Shown in pieces: positions 34,705-48,152 of a stretch of DNA of 64,000 nucleotides. The DNA lies in NCBI GenBank assembly GCA_977017645.1, contig OZ360232.1:37696001-37760000 (forward strand), read 5' to 3'. The stretch's first letter is position 1. Each line of letters starts with the position of its first letter. The notes under the pieces were generated by a model. It had not been told where the DNA came from. It ran no database searches and saw only the letters and a list, made by a program, of their open reading frames with translations. A program made the position numbers and the translations under genes. This DNA is from Torpedo marmorata (taxonomy: Eukaryota).

Positions 34705-37113
34705 ATGGCGAATTCGGCGATCAACAGCGCCATTGCTTTCAAAGCATTTCGTTTCCTGATTCTGGTATGTACAGAGGATCTGATTTCGGGGCAAATTCGG
34801 TATTCCATCAGCGAGGAATTGGAGCAAGGGGCTTTTGTTGGTAATATCGCTCAGGATTTAGGTTTGACTATACCGCAATTGTCCGCTCGTGAATTTCGGC
34901 TGACCTCAGAAGACGGTGGAGAGTATATGAAGGTTAATTTCGACAACGGGATTTTGACTGCGCGTGAAAGAATCGACAGGGAGCATATCTGTGGTCAAGC
35001 AACTGTGTGCACTATTCCTTTCAAAATAATAATGAAGAATCCTTCAGCGGTGCATCGTGGAGCACTAGAGATTCTTGACGTTAATGACAATTCCCCCACT
35101 TTCCCCGAGAGCACGGTTGCCTTAGAGATTGCCGAAACGATTGCACCAGGTGTTCTCTTCCCTCTCGAGAATGCGGAAGATCCGGACGTTGGAATAAATG
35201 CAGTCGCCGCTTACACGATTAGTTCCAACGAGTATTTTAGTCTAAAAACGCAGCGAGTTGAGGGAGATGTTTTAAGCACCGAGTTGCTACTAGAGAAACC
35301 TTTAGACAGAGAGCTACAGTCATCATTCCGACTGATTCTGACGGCGACTGATGCAGGGACCCCTCGGCGATCCGGATCGGCCGAGATTATCATTACTGTA
35401 GTGGATATTAACGATAATCCACCTGTGTTCGATCACAAGGTTTACAGGAGCATTTTAAGCGAAAACGTACCGCCAGGTACGTTGGTGGTGAAAGTCAAAG
35501 CAAATGATTTGGACGAGGGGCGGAACGCTGAGTTAACATATTCTTTCAACAAACAAACTTCAACAAGAATGCGCGATTTGTTTAGTTTGGACCCACAGAC
35601 AGGTGAGATTCATATTGAAGGAGTGATGGACTTTGAAGAAGCCAAAAGTTATTCTCTAAATGTTCAGGCTGTGGATCATGGTACACCCGCTATCATAGGA
35701 CGATCCAAAGTGTTAATCAACGTAATTGACATAAATGACAATGCACCCGAGATAAAAGTATCATCAAAGACCTACAATGTTCCGGAAAACGCCCAGCCGG
35801 GGACATTCATAACTTCGATCAATGTTATCGATCGAGATTCTGGGGAAAACAGCCAAGTGCAGTGCAAGATACCAAAGACGAACCCCTTTAGGCTTCAAAC
35901 GTTGTCGGAAAATCATTATGAATTGATTACGAGTGAACCATTGGACCGTGAATCTGTCCCTGAATATGAAATCGCTTTTATGGCCTGGGATTTGGGGTCG
36001 GCTTCACTCTCAAGTAATACAACCATCCAGGTTATAATTTCCGATGTCAATGATAACGCACCACAGTTTGCTGAAACTTTATACAACATATATGTGATGG
36101 AAAACAACGCTCCGGGCGCTTCTCTGTTCGCACTAACTGCTTCCGATCTTGATCTGGACCAGAATTCCTATATTTCTTACTCCTTCCTGAACAATGTTGT
36201 CTATGATTTCCCAGTGCCTACTTACCTCAGCATTAACTCAATGAACGGCACCATTTACGCACTGCGCTCTTTTGACTATGAGGAATTCAAAAGTTTCCAG
36301 ATCCATGTTCAAGCACGTGATGCTGGCGTACCCCCGCTGAGCAGCAGCGCGACAGTGAATGTGATCATCCTGGATCAAAATGACAACGTTCCCGTAATAA
36401 TTTCACCTTCAGCACAGAAGGGATCAGAACCAGTGGAGACCTTGCCCCACTCAGCGGGCCCGGGGTACTTGGTCACCAAAATAACCGCAGCGGATATAGA
36501 TTCTGGTCAGAACGCTCGACTCTCTTATCAGGTGCAGAGATCTACTGATCCCAGTTTGTTCACAGTTGGGAAAAACACAGGTGAAATCAGAACTGCCCGC
36601 AATATGTTGGAGTCGGATTCCAGCACACAAACTCTCGTCATATTGGTGAAGGACAATGGGCGTCCGAGCCTCTCCAGCACGATTACAATTCACATTACAG
36701 CTTTAGAGAACATGACTGAAAACATGACGGAAAGCAATAACTTAGTGACTGATCCCAAGTATGACACTGATATAAATCTTTACTTAATTGTAATTTTCGG
36801 TTGCACTTCTGTTATTTTTCTCGTCACCATCATTCTGCTCATTGGTATGAAATGCAAGCAGGAAAAAAATATTAACCAAGCATATAATTCTTCTAGTTGT
36901 TGTTACAATCGTGGTGACCGAGGATCTGCAATGGAGGAAACTTTACGATATCCCGGGACTGGCCGTTTGATCCGCGCGCCGGGAGCGCACCATTACTCGG
37001 TCTGTCTGTCTCCAGGATCAATGAAGAAAGATTTTCTCTATTTGAAGCCATGCGCCGATCCTACGTCTCAAGCCCAATGCTCAATTACAATGAGTCGGTT
37101 ACATCGACAATGA
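34705..37113 (+). CDS. Clustered protocadherin, 802 aa
   Basis: True start is ATG 34705 (acaATGGCG context shared with paralogues). Six EC repeats, TM, tail HYSVCLSPGSMKKDFLYLKPC. Confidence 0.96.
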   Translation: MANSAINSAIAFKAFRFLILVCTEDLISGQIRYSISEELEQGAFVGNIAQDLGLTIPQLSAREFRLTSEDGGEYMKVNFDNGILTARERIDREHICGQATVCTIPFKIIMKNPSAVHRGALEILDVNDNSPTFPESTVALEIAETIAPGVLFPLENAEDPDVGINAVAAYTISSNEYFSLKTQRVEGDVLSTELLLEKPLDRELQSSFRLILTATDAGTPRRSGSAEIIITVVDINDNPPVFDHKVYRSILSENVPPGTLVVKVKANDLDEGRNAELTYSFNKQTSTRMRDLFSLDPQTGEIHIEGVMDFEEAKSYSLNVQAVDHGTPAIIGRSKVLINVIDINDNAPEIKVSSKTYNVPENAQPGTFITSINVIDRDSGENSQVQCKIPKTNPFRLQTLSENHYELITSEPLDRESVPEYEIAFMAWDLGSASLSSNTTIQVIISDVNDNAPQFAETLYNIYVMENNAPGASLFALTASDLDLDQNSYISYSFLNNVVYDFPVPTYLSINSMNGTIYALRSFDYEEFKSFQIHVQARDAGVPPLSSSATVNVIILDQNDNVPVIISPSAQKGSEPVETLPHSAGPGYLVTKITAADIDSGQNARLSYQVQRSTDPSLFTVGKNTGEIRTARNMLESDSSTQTLVILVKDNGRPSLSSTITIHITALENMTENMTESNNLVTDPKYDTDINLYLIVIFGCTSVIFLVTIILLIGMKCKQEKNINQAYNSSSCCYNRGDRGSAMEETLRYPGTGRLIRAPGAHHYSVCLSPGSMKKDFLYLKPCADPTSQAQCSITMSRLHRQ

Positions 37114-37557
37114 CGGTCTTACTTACGGTCAGATCATGTATGCAGCAACGTGGATGGCTGAGAGTGAAATTGTAAGTAAAGTTTCGTTTTGCTTGGTTTT
37201 GGGAAAAAACACGACTTAATTATTGCAATGGTCAAAAATAAATTTACAGTGCCTAGAATGCATGTGTTTGAATCTGGTATCTGTTCACTCTGAATGGAAA
37301 TATCCCACCAGCCACGAAGAAGTGACTTTTACAATTTGCTTAGTTTCACAAAGAATATTGACATTGAGATCCAGTTATAAAACTTGCAGCATTGATATCT
37401 GAACAAAAACGCAACCAATACATCGTCATCGCATTAAAGGTATTCTACATGAAATGTTGAAGATTCATAATTTGACATAATTAAGACCGGACCTGGATTC
37501 AGATTTGGGATTATTCAGAAAAAACAAATATGCGGCTGGATAACTTGTATGAAGATG

Positions 37558-37665
37558 AAGTAAAAATACAGAAATGCTGGAGGAACTCAGCAGGTCTCGC
37601 AGCGTCCATTGGAGGTAAAGATATACAACCAACGTTTCGAGCCTTAGCCCTACGTGTTTCACGGT
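37558..37665 (-). mobile_element. Penelope tail fragment
   Basis: gaaatgctggaggaactcagcaggtc..caacgtttcgagcc. Confidence 0.75.
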
Positions 37666-37963
37666 ATGAAAATGAAGAATGGATTAGAAGGCTCATTACA
37701 AGTTGTTAAATTGACAGGTGTACAAGAAACATGAGATTGACGCAGAAGGCCACTCGCTGTTTTGCATTTCATGTATTAATATTTAAATTAAATTGTTGCA
37801 CACAGCACGATAACAGGCCTTTCCGGCCCACGAGTCAGTTCCCTCCAAATATATCAACAAACATACAAACCCCGTACGTTTTTGAAGGGTGGGAGGAAAC
37901 AGGAGCACTCAGACACGGACCGTCCAACCCCATATATGTATCCTAAATAAGCACAGTTTAGTC

Positions 37964-38337
37964 CAGGGATGGGAAAACATTTTTTTTAAACTCACATTAC
38001 ACGTCAAGTATTCCCTATGCCATAAGTGCTTTGTGATTGGTAAGGGATTGCTTAAGGTGGTATGTGAGTGGGAAGGGAAGATTGAGAACTACCGGTCTAG
38101 ACCCAAATGTTATTGAAGTATTTTGCTTGAGAAAAATTGTCATTGGCCCATTTCCTTTGGAGTTATGAAACCGTGCACATAACGTGTCAATTAGGTACGA
38201 TTAAAAGAGTGGTTTTCAAACCTTTCCTTTCCACTCACAAACCACCTTAAGCAATCCCTTACTAATCACAGAGCACCTATGCCATAGGGAATACTTAAGG
38301 TGCAATGTGAGTTTAAAAAAAAAGTTGCCCACCCCTG
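37964..38337. mobile_element. Composite hAT MITE (second copy, opposite orientation)
   Basis: 8-bp TSD GTTTAGTC at 37956-37963 and 38338-38345. Core ~38097-38207 is the reverse complement of core ~20632-20741. Confidence 0.9.
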
Positions 38338-40996
38338 GTTTAGTCGTTTCTCGCCTCTTCTATGCATTAGCCCACGTGGAAATAATGATAAATAATCTGG
38401 ATTTGAGTTAAATCTAAAGCATTGCAGCAATAGGGTTTATATAATGATAAAATAAGTACTCGAAGATATTTCTGCGATATTCTGCGACAATGCCAGGGAA
38501 TGATTGGGAATTTCCTCCTAATTTACAACGTGATATTTTTTTTCCTTTTAAATAATCACATTGGCGATAAAGGAGAGACCGAACAACAGATTTATTGCAA
38601 ATAACTGGCCAATTTCACAAATTTGTCTCAGCGTTTATTTCTACCCATTTTTGGAAAGGTTCTGGCACGTTCATAAATTATTGTCTTAACTGAGCCGTTA
38701 ACGCATTCATAGTAGGTGGTATGTTTCCTTCCTTTGAGCGGTAAAGTCTGAAGGGCCAGACATTGTTGGTTGCAGACATGCTTTGGACAAACGTCTATTG
38801 ATATTGAAAGATAAAAACTAGGAGTTTGAAAGGAAACAAATTAATTGCATGGAAATTGAATGCCAACAATACATGAAACTGTACATTTTTAGAACTTAGA
38901 ACATGCTGAACAAGATGACACGAATGAACTATATTTCAGCAGGGATAAATGCAGGAACGTCAACTTTTTTAACAGAGATGATTTTTTTGCCCAGCAGCGC
39001 TTTTCCAGATTTGAAACAGGAATAATTAATTGAGTGCGTGATTGTAGTCGCAAATTTCAAAATGACCACTTTCAGCTTTAGTCAGGATTACTGAATTGCC
39101 AAGATGCTCTATTTGAATGCTTTAAAATTTAGATTCCATTATTTTGTTTTCCGTGGAAAAGGAAGCACAGATATCGCAACATTAAAAAAGAAAGAAAATA
39201 GAATGTTCCGGTAACTGGAATCCATGCCTCACGATCTGGGCATTGTGCATTCTGAAGGGAATCCAACGACCAGCACTGAATAACTTTCACAAATTGAGAT
39301 AGTACAATATTGCAAAGGATTCTGGCACGTTAATCTTGTTGTAAGACTTCAGGCACTAATGTCTGTAGAATTACCACATCGGACTCGTCATCACCTTAAA
39401 AGTCATTCCATGATGTTGCGGTTTGAATTCATACTGCATTGTATTGTGCTTGGAACTGGACGTTGCATTGCATTCTGCATCTATTTGCAGCAGACATTAT
39501 TTAGCGCAACCTGAGTATTGGTGAATAACTGCTACCACGTTTAAACTTATGTATATTAAATGGTGTAAAAATAGGATTATAAGCGTAATTCCATTATAGT
39601 AAAACATTTGATATCGTCATGCATGATACAGTGGACAAGAAAGTCAGATCAGAAAGAAGGTAACTCGGCCCAGTACGTACATGCCTTTATTATACCCCAC
39701 ATGAACTTGCCCCTGTCGCCTGACCTATTCCGATGCATCACCATTTTAATAATGTAATGATAATATATCTACGTTGGCTGTAAATGTAACTTAACTAATC
39801 GTGTGCGTTCAAAACCGAAGGTCTACGGTACAAATCGGACTTTTGCACCTAAAGCGAATGCAAAGAATTCTAACATGTATTTTCAATCTTGAGCTTTATT
39901 CTTAGGGAAATTTTCTCAACTTCGGTCAGCTTTACAACGTGATGTTGTGCTCTCTGTAAATTTGCTCACACTTCATGCTTCCTCCAGTAAAAGCGGGTGA
40001 GACTGAATATTAAGTTTATTACAATTACCGGGCTAGATGCCCCAGCAAGCATTTGCGCATTGCTTCCCCTGTTTATGCATGTTTCCTGCACATGTATTTG
40101 GTTATTATTTTAATGGAGGTTCTTAAGGAATTATATCAGGCAGCGTGTTGTATTCATATGAGAGATGAATAGTGAACGAGGAAGGAGCTGGAAATTGTCG
40201 ATTTTAAGCATGCTTTGGAAACAATTATTGTAATATTGAAAATTTGAACTAGAAATATGAAAATAACTAAGTTAAATCAACCGAAGATGCATAATAAATC
40301 ACCAAGATGGTCAAATTAAAATTCAAACTTTTATAGCTTTGTTTATTTCCGATCTTAAATTAATAATCCCTAGCGCCTTCATAGAATTCATTAATTGTAA
40401 TTTATTTTCTTTGCTGGGGTCATTGCATTTACAAATGAAACAGGATTCTCCCGGTTTATAATGGCTTCAGATATCATTAAGCCTTGTGTTATAAAGTGGA
40501 ATTTCACAAGTGAGATGAGAATATGTACATCTGACAATCAGGCAACATCTGCTCAATCCGGGGTTCAAAGTGCCTTCGCAAAACGGAGATAAAATGTGGA
40601 CAAGAGCAACCTTCTTGTTTTTCACACCATCCTGCATAAATGACCGGCATCACCACAGTGACAGGTGTGAGTACGATTTAACGTATTGAATCGGGAATTC
40701 GGGGAGACAATTGTGAGGCAAAGTAAGCTATAATTGACTGTGCTCATCACAGAAGCGAGAGTTGCACTGTGAATAGCAGGACGTAATGTAAGTCTAAGAA
40801 AATTAGGTATGTCCAAATGCACATAGCTGCTAAACCACATAACTTGCCGAGGAAGGTTATCCCAGTAATGCCAGTAGTGCCGACGTTCCCAGTACCAGAA
40901 AATTCCAGATGTGAAATGTACTTTCCCTACATTTCTCCTGGCATCTAGTGTTAATATTTACTAGATAACGCATTTTGGTGGGCTGGATATCAAAGA

Positions 40997-43484
40997 ATAG
41001 AATCACACAAGGATAGAACATTGCAGCACAGAAGCAGGCTCTTCGGCCGCTCAAGTATGTCCCGAACTATTATTCTGCCTCGTCACACTAACATGTACCC
41101 AGTCCATATCCCTCCAAACGCCTCCCATCCATGTACCTGTCCACAATTTTCTTCAATGTTAAAAATTGAGCCCGCATTCACTAAATCAGCTGGCAGCTCG
41201 TTCCATATCCCACCATTCTTGGTGTGAAGAAGTTCCGACTAAAGTTCCCCTGAACCTTTCCCCTTTCACCCTTAACCATGTCCTCCAGTTTGTATCTCAG
41301 CTAATCTCAGTTTTAAAAAAATCCGTTTACATTTATTCTATCTATACCCCTCGTAATTTTGTATAACTCTACCAAATCTCCCCTCATTCTTCTACGCTCC
41401 ATGGAATGAGGTCCTAACCTGCTTAACCTTTCCCTGCAACTCAGGTCCTCAAGTCCTGGAAACATCTTAGTGAATATTCTTTGCACTCTTTCAATCTGAT
41501 TGATATCTTTGTTGTAGTCAAAATTGAACACAATACCCCAAAATTGCATCACTAATGTCTTACACCACTTTACTATAACGGCCCAACTACTCCACACAAT
41601 ACTTTAATTTATGAAGGCCAATGTGATACAAACTCTCTTTAAGACCCTATCTCCCTATTATTCCACTTTCAGAGAATTATGTATCTGTATCCTTCTCTCA
41701 TACCTTGATGAAATGCTCAGGCTCGAAACGTTGGTTATGTATTTCTTCCTTTGCTACATAAAGGACACTGTTTGACCTGCTGAGCCTCTCCAGCATTTTG
41801 TGTTTTTTATGTATCTGTATACCCAGATCCTTCTGTTCTTCCGCACTCGCAAATGCCCTACCATTTTACCGAGTATGTCCTACCTTGGTTTGTCCTTCCA
41901 AAATGCAATACCTCACACTTTTCTGTGTTAAATTCCATCTGCCATTTTTCAGCCCATTTTTCCATCTGGTGCAGATAACCTCTGTAAGCTTTGAAAACCT
42001 TCTTTGCTGTCCACAGCGCCTCCAATCTTAGTGTCATCTGCAAATTTGCTGATGCAATTTACCATATTATCATCCAGATCATTGATATAGATGACCAACA
42101 ACAATGGTTCCAGCACCGATCCGTAAGGCACACCACCAGTCCCACGCCTCCAGTCTGAGAAGCAATCATCCACTACCATTCTCTGGCTTCTAACATAAAG
42201 TCAATATCGAAACCAGTTCACTACCTCACCATATATAAGGAGCGAGTTAACCTTCCTGACTAACCTTCCATGTTGCATCTTGTCAAAGGCCTCTCTAAAG
42301 TTCATGTAGACAACATCCACAGCCTTTCCTTTCATCAACTTACCTGCTAACCTCCTCGCAAAATTCTACAAGATTTGCTAAACACGACCTTCCACACACA
42401 GAGTCATTTTGACTATCCCTAATCAACCCCTACTATTCAAATCTCGAGAACACCTTCCAATAACTTACCCACGATTGACGTCAGACCCACTAACCTATAA
42501 TTTCCTGTGTTATTTATGGACTCTATTTTGAACAACAGGACAACATGAGCTACCCTCCAATGTACCGACATCTCACATGTAGCTAAGGACATTTTAAATA
42601 AATCTGCCAGGGCCACTGTAATTTCTGCAATAGCCTCTCTCAAGGTCCGAGGGAATACATTGTCAGGCCTTCGTGATCCATCCATGCTTATTTGCTTTCA
42701 GACAACAACCAGCTCCTCCTCTTTAATCTGGTGAGGTTCCAGGACCTCACTGCTTGTTTGCCTCACTTCCCCAGACTCTGCCAGTTTCCTTAGTAAATAA
42801 AAATAGAACCTTTTAAGATCTCCCCAATCTCTTTTGACTTCATACATAGCCGACCACTCTGATCTTCAAAAGGACTACTTTTGTCCCTTATTATCCCTTT
42901 GCTCTTAATATACATGTAGAAGCACTTGGAATTTTCATCACCTTGTCTTCCCAAGCAACCTCATGTCCTCTTTTAGTCCTACTGATTTTCCTCTTAAGTT
43001 TTTCATGCATTTCTTATACTCTTAAAGTACCTCGTTTCCCCCTTGTTGCCTATACCTGACATACACCTCTTTCTCCTTCATAACCAGATCTTCAGTCTCC
43101 CTGGAAAGCCAAGGTTCCTTATGCCTGTTAACTCTGCCTTTAATCCTTACAGGATCATGCAAACTCTGTACTCTCAAAGTTTCTTTGAAGACCTTCCAGT
43201 TGCTGAGCACAGCCTTGTCAGAAAACAACCTATCCCAATACAAGCTTTCTAAATCCTTTCTCATTTCCTCAAGATTGGCCTTTCTCCAATTTAGAATCTC
43301 AACCCGAGGACCAGACATATCGTTATCCATAACTAACTTGGAACTAATGGCATTATGATCACTGGACCGAAAATGTTCCTCCACATATTCTGTCAACTTT
43401 CCTGTCTCGTTCCTGAAGAGGAGATCCAGTATTGCACCCCTCCAGTTGGTACGTCGATATATTGATTTAGAAAACTTTCCTGAG
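40997..43484 (-). mobile_element. CR1 LINE, 5'-truncated, decayed (end of APE and RT)
   Basis: SSDHNAI..LNWRKAN, GNYRLVGLTSIVGKLLE, GVPYGSVLEP..SKFADDTK, RRMRGDL; CR1 tail at ~41000. Confidence 0.92.
41691..41806 (+). mobile_element. Stand-alone 116-bp Penelope tail with hammerhead-like motif
   Basis: 14-bp TSD TTATGTATCTGTAT at 41677-41690 and 41807-41820, inside a CR1. Confidence 0.85.
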
Positions 43485-43621
43485 GCCCGTATAGGATTGG
43501 TGCACCGGGGAGAGGTGATGCATGTTGGACAGAGGCAGAAGATTGGCAGAGTGAAACACGGAAGTCTGCAGACGCGTTGATTGTATTAAAAGTACACAGA
43601 AATGCTGGAGGAACTCAGCCG

Positions 43622-44961
43622 GTGTTCCTATCGACTAATGACACTCACAGGGATGAACAGTTTTGAAAGGCTAGTGTTGAAGCATATCAGCTCCTGTCTG
43701 AGCGGCGACATGGATCCGTTCCAATTCGCACATCGTCGCACAGGTCTACGGTAGATACCATCTCACTGGCTCTACACAAAGCCCTGGAACACCTGAACAG
43801 AAAAGATGCATGCATAGTCCAGGATGGTCTTTATCGACTACAGTTCGGCATTTAATGCCGGCATCCCCTTAAAACTGATCAGCAAACTCCAAGACCTGGG
43901 TGTCAACACTCCACTGTGTAATTGCATCCTTGATTTCCTCATGTCCAGACCACAATACGTGAGGATTGGTTAGAACATCTCCACAATCTCCATCAGTGAT
44001 TTACTACTTTACTCGCTTTACTACTATGACTATGTAGCTCGGTATTACAACAACACCATCTACAAGTTCGCTGATGATACTAGGGTAGTGGGTTGTATTA
44101 AAAAGGGGTAATGTGTCAGCATACAGGAGGGAGATTGAAAACTTTCCGAATGGTGCACCAACAACATCCTGGTACTCAATGTCACCAAAACCAAGGAGTT
44201 GATTGTTGACTTCAGACAGGGAAAAGCAGAGGTGTACGATCCAGTGATCATGAGTGGATCAGAGGTGGAGACAGTGAGGAAAGTTAAGTTCTTGGGAGTC
44301 ACTATCTCAGAGGATCTTTCATTGACCCAACACACTAATGGAATCGTGAAGAAAGGATGTCAGCGCCTTTACTTCCTTAGGAGATTGCGGAGGTTTGGTA
44401 TGACATTGGAAATCCTAGCAAATTTCTGCAGAGGTGTTGTGAATAGCGTGCCTACCGGCTGCATCACGGTCTAGTATGGGGACACCAATACCCCCGAGCG
44501 TAAGGCCGTGCAAAAGGTACTGGACACAGCCCAGGACATCACAGGTAAAACCTTTCCCACCATCGATAACATCTGAGGGGAATGCTGCCGTCGGAGAACA
44601 GCAGCATCATCAAGAATCCACACCACCCAGCACACGCTCTGCTATTAGGAAAGAGGTATAGGTGCCACAAGACTCGCACCACCAGGTTCAGGAACAGCTG
44701 CTACCCCTCCACCATCAGACATCTCAACAATAAACTCAATCAGCGACTCATTTAAGGACTCTTATTTTTGCACTTTATTTTTTTCCTCTCTGTATTGCAG
44801 TCAGTGTGTTTATATTTCTTTATTTGTTTATGTGTATACATTGTGTACAGGTTTTTTTGCACGACCAATATGTAATAATTCTGCCTCGCCCGCAGGAAAA
44901 AGAATCTCAGCGTTGTATGTAACATCATGTATGTACCCTGACGATAAAGACATCTGAAATC
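43622..44961 (+). mobile_element. Rex1/Babar LINE, 5'-truncated, inserted in a Penelope tail
   Basis: [44 protein letters not shown]. The PLE tail gaactcagc|aggtttcgcagcgtcc is split across its ends. Confidence 0.88.
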
Positions 44962-46069
44962 AGGTTTCGCAGCGTCCATTGGATGTAAAGATATATTACC
45001 GACGTTGCGCTTTGGATGCATTCCATCACCAGCCACCTAAAACACTTCATGGTCGTTGGCGGTAGTCATTTTGTCCGCTTACGTTGGTTTCTTGGGCAGC
45101 AGGATGATGCTGGCCGCCCTGAATCTTGCGGGGAGAGTGGGCTGCTGCAATGAGATGTTGTAGATGTCGGTTACAACATCTGTCAGCTGGGCCGCACAAA
45201 CCTTCAGCACCCGACCACTTATGCTGCTTTGTGTGGTTTCACCCTGAATAGGATTTTCCTCACCTCATCGCGGCTATGGAGGGTGCCTGTTCTTCATGGG
45301 GAGACGAGGTTTTCTTTGATGTCACCTTGTTTTTATCATCAAACCACATGTAGAAGGTATTCTATCATTAAGAATGGGAGGAATGATTGTCGCTGACCGC
45401 AGTTATGGCTTGAATACCCTGCCACATGCACCTTGTGTTGCTGGTGTCACAGAGGTGTCCATGGATTCTCTGTGCATACCCACGCTTTGCCTTCTTGGGA
45501 GTACAGGAGACTTCAACCCTTGCTGATCTTCATGCCTTCTTATCCCCCGAACGGAAAACAGGGCCACGAGCTCTGAATAATGTCCGGACCTCCGAGCCTC
45601 GCCATAGTTTTTGATTTGCCCTGGTTGTTCAGCGTTTGATCACTGTGACATCCTCAATGCACTTTGTGATCCTGTACTCATCGATGTTGATGTAGTCCTT
45701 GTAGGTGGTCGCCTCGCTGAATCATCTGCAGTCGGTGGTTTCGAAGCAGTCCTGCAACGTTGCCGGGGCTTCCTCCGGCCAGGTTCCGATCTCCCTGTGA
45801 AATGGATTGACATTGTTTTTAACCAGTGGTCTGCAAGCAGGTATTAACAGGATGGATACGTGCTCTTTTCATACCACCGAGTGTATGTGGGTCGACCGTC
45901 CGATTTCCCGGGAACTTACCTGTAAAACGTCCAGTCTGAAAAGGCACAACCTTGCATGGCATGTCAAAATCGACCAGGCTCCGAGACCTAGTCGGGGGTA
46001 CTCTCGGAACCCGGCCGAGTTAACCAGGCAGTCTGAAAAAGCAAAGGTTCACCCAGTAATATAACTGAC

Positions 46070-48030
46070 GTAAAAAACACAAATGCCGGAGAAACTCAAC
46101 AGGTCAAACAGTGTCTTTTATGTAGCATAGGTAGAAATACATAACCGACGTTTTGGACTTGGGCCCTTCACCAAAGTATGAGAAAATGCCGGCAGACGTC
46201 CGAACAAAAGAGTGAGGGGGGAAGGGGGGTGGCAAAGGTGGAGAAAGGAGGGAGGGGACAGCAGCAAAGAGGGGGAGGAGGGATGGCTGGGTGGGTGGAA
46301 ATAACTGGAAGGACAGGTGAGGGGGGAGGGGATGGAAACGACAATCAGGTTTAGTGGATAGCAGAAAAGTCAATGTTAATGCCATCTGGCTGGAGAGGGC
46401 CTAGAAGGAAAATGAGATGTTGTTCCTCTAATTTGCGGGTGGTCTGGGTGGGATAGTACATAAGGCCATGGACAGACATGTGATTGTGGGAGTGTGACCC
46501 GGAATTGAAATGGTTGGCTACTAGGAGGTCGCTGTTTTTGCAGACGGAGAGGAGGTGCTCAGCAAAGTGATCTCACAATCTATGACCGGTCTCTCCGATG
46601 TAGATAAAGCCACAAAGGGAGCACCGGATGCAGTAAATAAGTTCTCTGGATGTACAAGTGAAGTGTAGTTTCACTTGGAAGGCCTGTTTGGGTCCCCGGA
46701 CCGTGGTGAGGGGGGAGGTGTGGGTGCAGTTGTTGCACATCCTGTGGGCACAGGGAAGGTGCCGGGGGTGTGATGGGTGGGGAGGGATGTGTGCACGAGG
46801 GAATCGCGGAGGTAGCGGTCCCTACGGAAGGCCGAGAAGGGAGGAGAAGGAAAAATGTGTCTGGTGGTGGGATCCTGTAGTAAGTGCCGGAAAGTCCAGC
46901 GGATAATTTGTTGGGTGCGGAGGCTGGTGGGGTGGTAGGTGAGGATGTGGGGGATTCTATGTTTGTTGCGTCTGGGGGCAGAGGGGGCCAGGGCAGATGA
47001 GCGGGAAATGGAGGAAATGCGGGCGAGGGCGGAGTTGATGGTGGTGGAGGGGAAGCCACTTTTGGGGAAAAAGGCCGACATTTCAGAAGATCTGGACTGG
47101 AACACCTCATCTTGGGAACAGATGTGGCGGAGATGGAGAAATTGAGAGAAGGGGATGGAATCCTTGCAGGGGACAGGGTGTGAGGAAGTGTAGTCCAGAT
47201 AGTTCTGGGAGTTGGAGGGTTTGTAGTAAATGTCTGTGGAAAGCTTGTCTCCTGAGATTGAGACAGAGAGATCCAGGAAGGGGAGAGTGTTATCGGAGAT
47301 GGAACAGGTGAGTTTGAGATGGTGGTGGAAGTTGGATGCGAAGTGGATGAAGTTGACAAGTTCATTGCGGGTGCATGAGGCAGCATGAGGAAGAGATGAG
47401 GGGTCTTGCCTGTGTAGGCTTGCAGCATGGAGTGCTCCACAAAGCCCACAAGCAGGCAGACGTAGCTGGGGCCCATGCGGGTACCCATGGCTACTCCTTT
47501 GATTCGGAGGAAGTGGGATGAGTTGAAGGAGAAGTTATTGAGAGTGAGGACAAGTTCTGCCAGGTGGAGGAGGGTGGTGGTAGAGGGTGACTGGTCGGGT
47601 CTTTGGTCCAGGAAGAAGCGAAGCTCTTTCAGACCTTCTGTGTGGGGGATAGAGGTATAAAGGGATTGGTCATCCATGGTGAAAATGATGCGGTCCGGTT
47701 CAGGGAATCTGAAGTCATTGAGGAGATGTAGCGCATGTGAGGTGTCGCGGATGTAGGTGGGGAGGGATTGGACCAGGGGAGAAATGATGGAGTCAGGGTA
47801 AGATGAAACTAGTTCGGTGAGACAGGAGCAGGCAGAAACAATGGGTCTGCCAGAATGGTTGGGTTTGTGTATCTTGGGTAGAAGGTAGAAGTGGGCAGTG
47901 CGGGGGTGGGGGAGAATGAGGTTGGTGGCCGTGGAGGGGAGGTGACCGCAGGTGATGAGGTCGGAGATGGTGTTGGAGACAGTGGCTTGATGTGCAGTGG
48001 CGTCAGTGCCTGCGTGCTTGCATCGCATAA
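46070..48030 (-). mobile_element. Penelope-like retroelement (RT + GIY-YIG + pseudo-LTR), frameshifted
   Basis: FYLLPKIHK..GRPIVS..DQSLYTSIPH..GVAMGTRMGPSY (PLE RT); FTC..IYCIRC..IYIGET (GIY-YIG); tail at 46070-46200. Confidence 0.93.
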
Positions 48031-48152
48031 AACCCATAAAAATAGAAATAATAGATACAGCAATATAAATGTTACTTTAACGATGCCAAAGGAACCTAAG
48101 CCACAATATTAAAAGTATTTTAAAATTGAAAAACTTGTAGCTTACCGAAATC

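Noticed and set aside
37170-37180. GTAAGT splice donor after the third Pcdh
   Set aside because: Lies downstream of the stop codon and is not conserved in the other paralogues.
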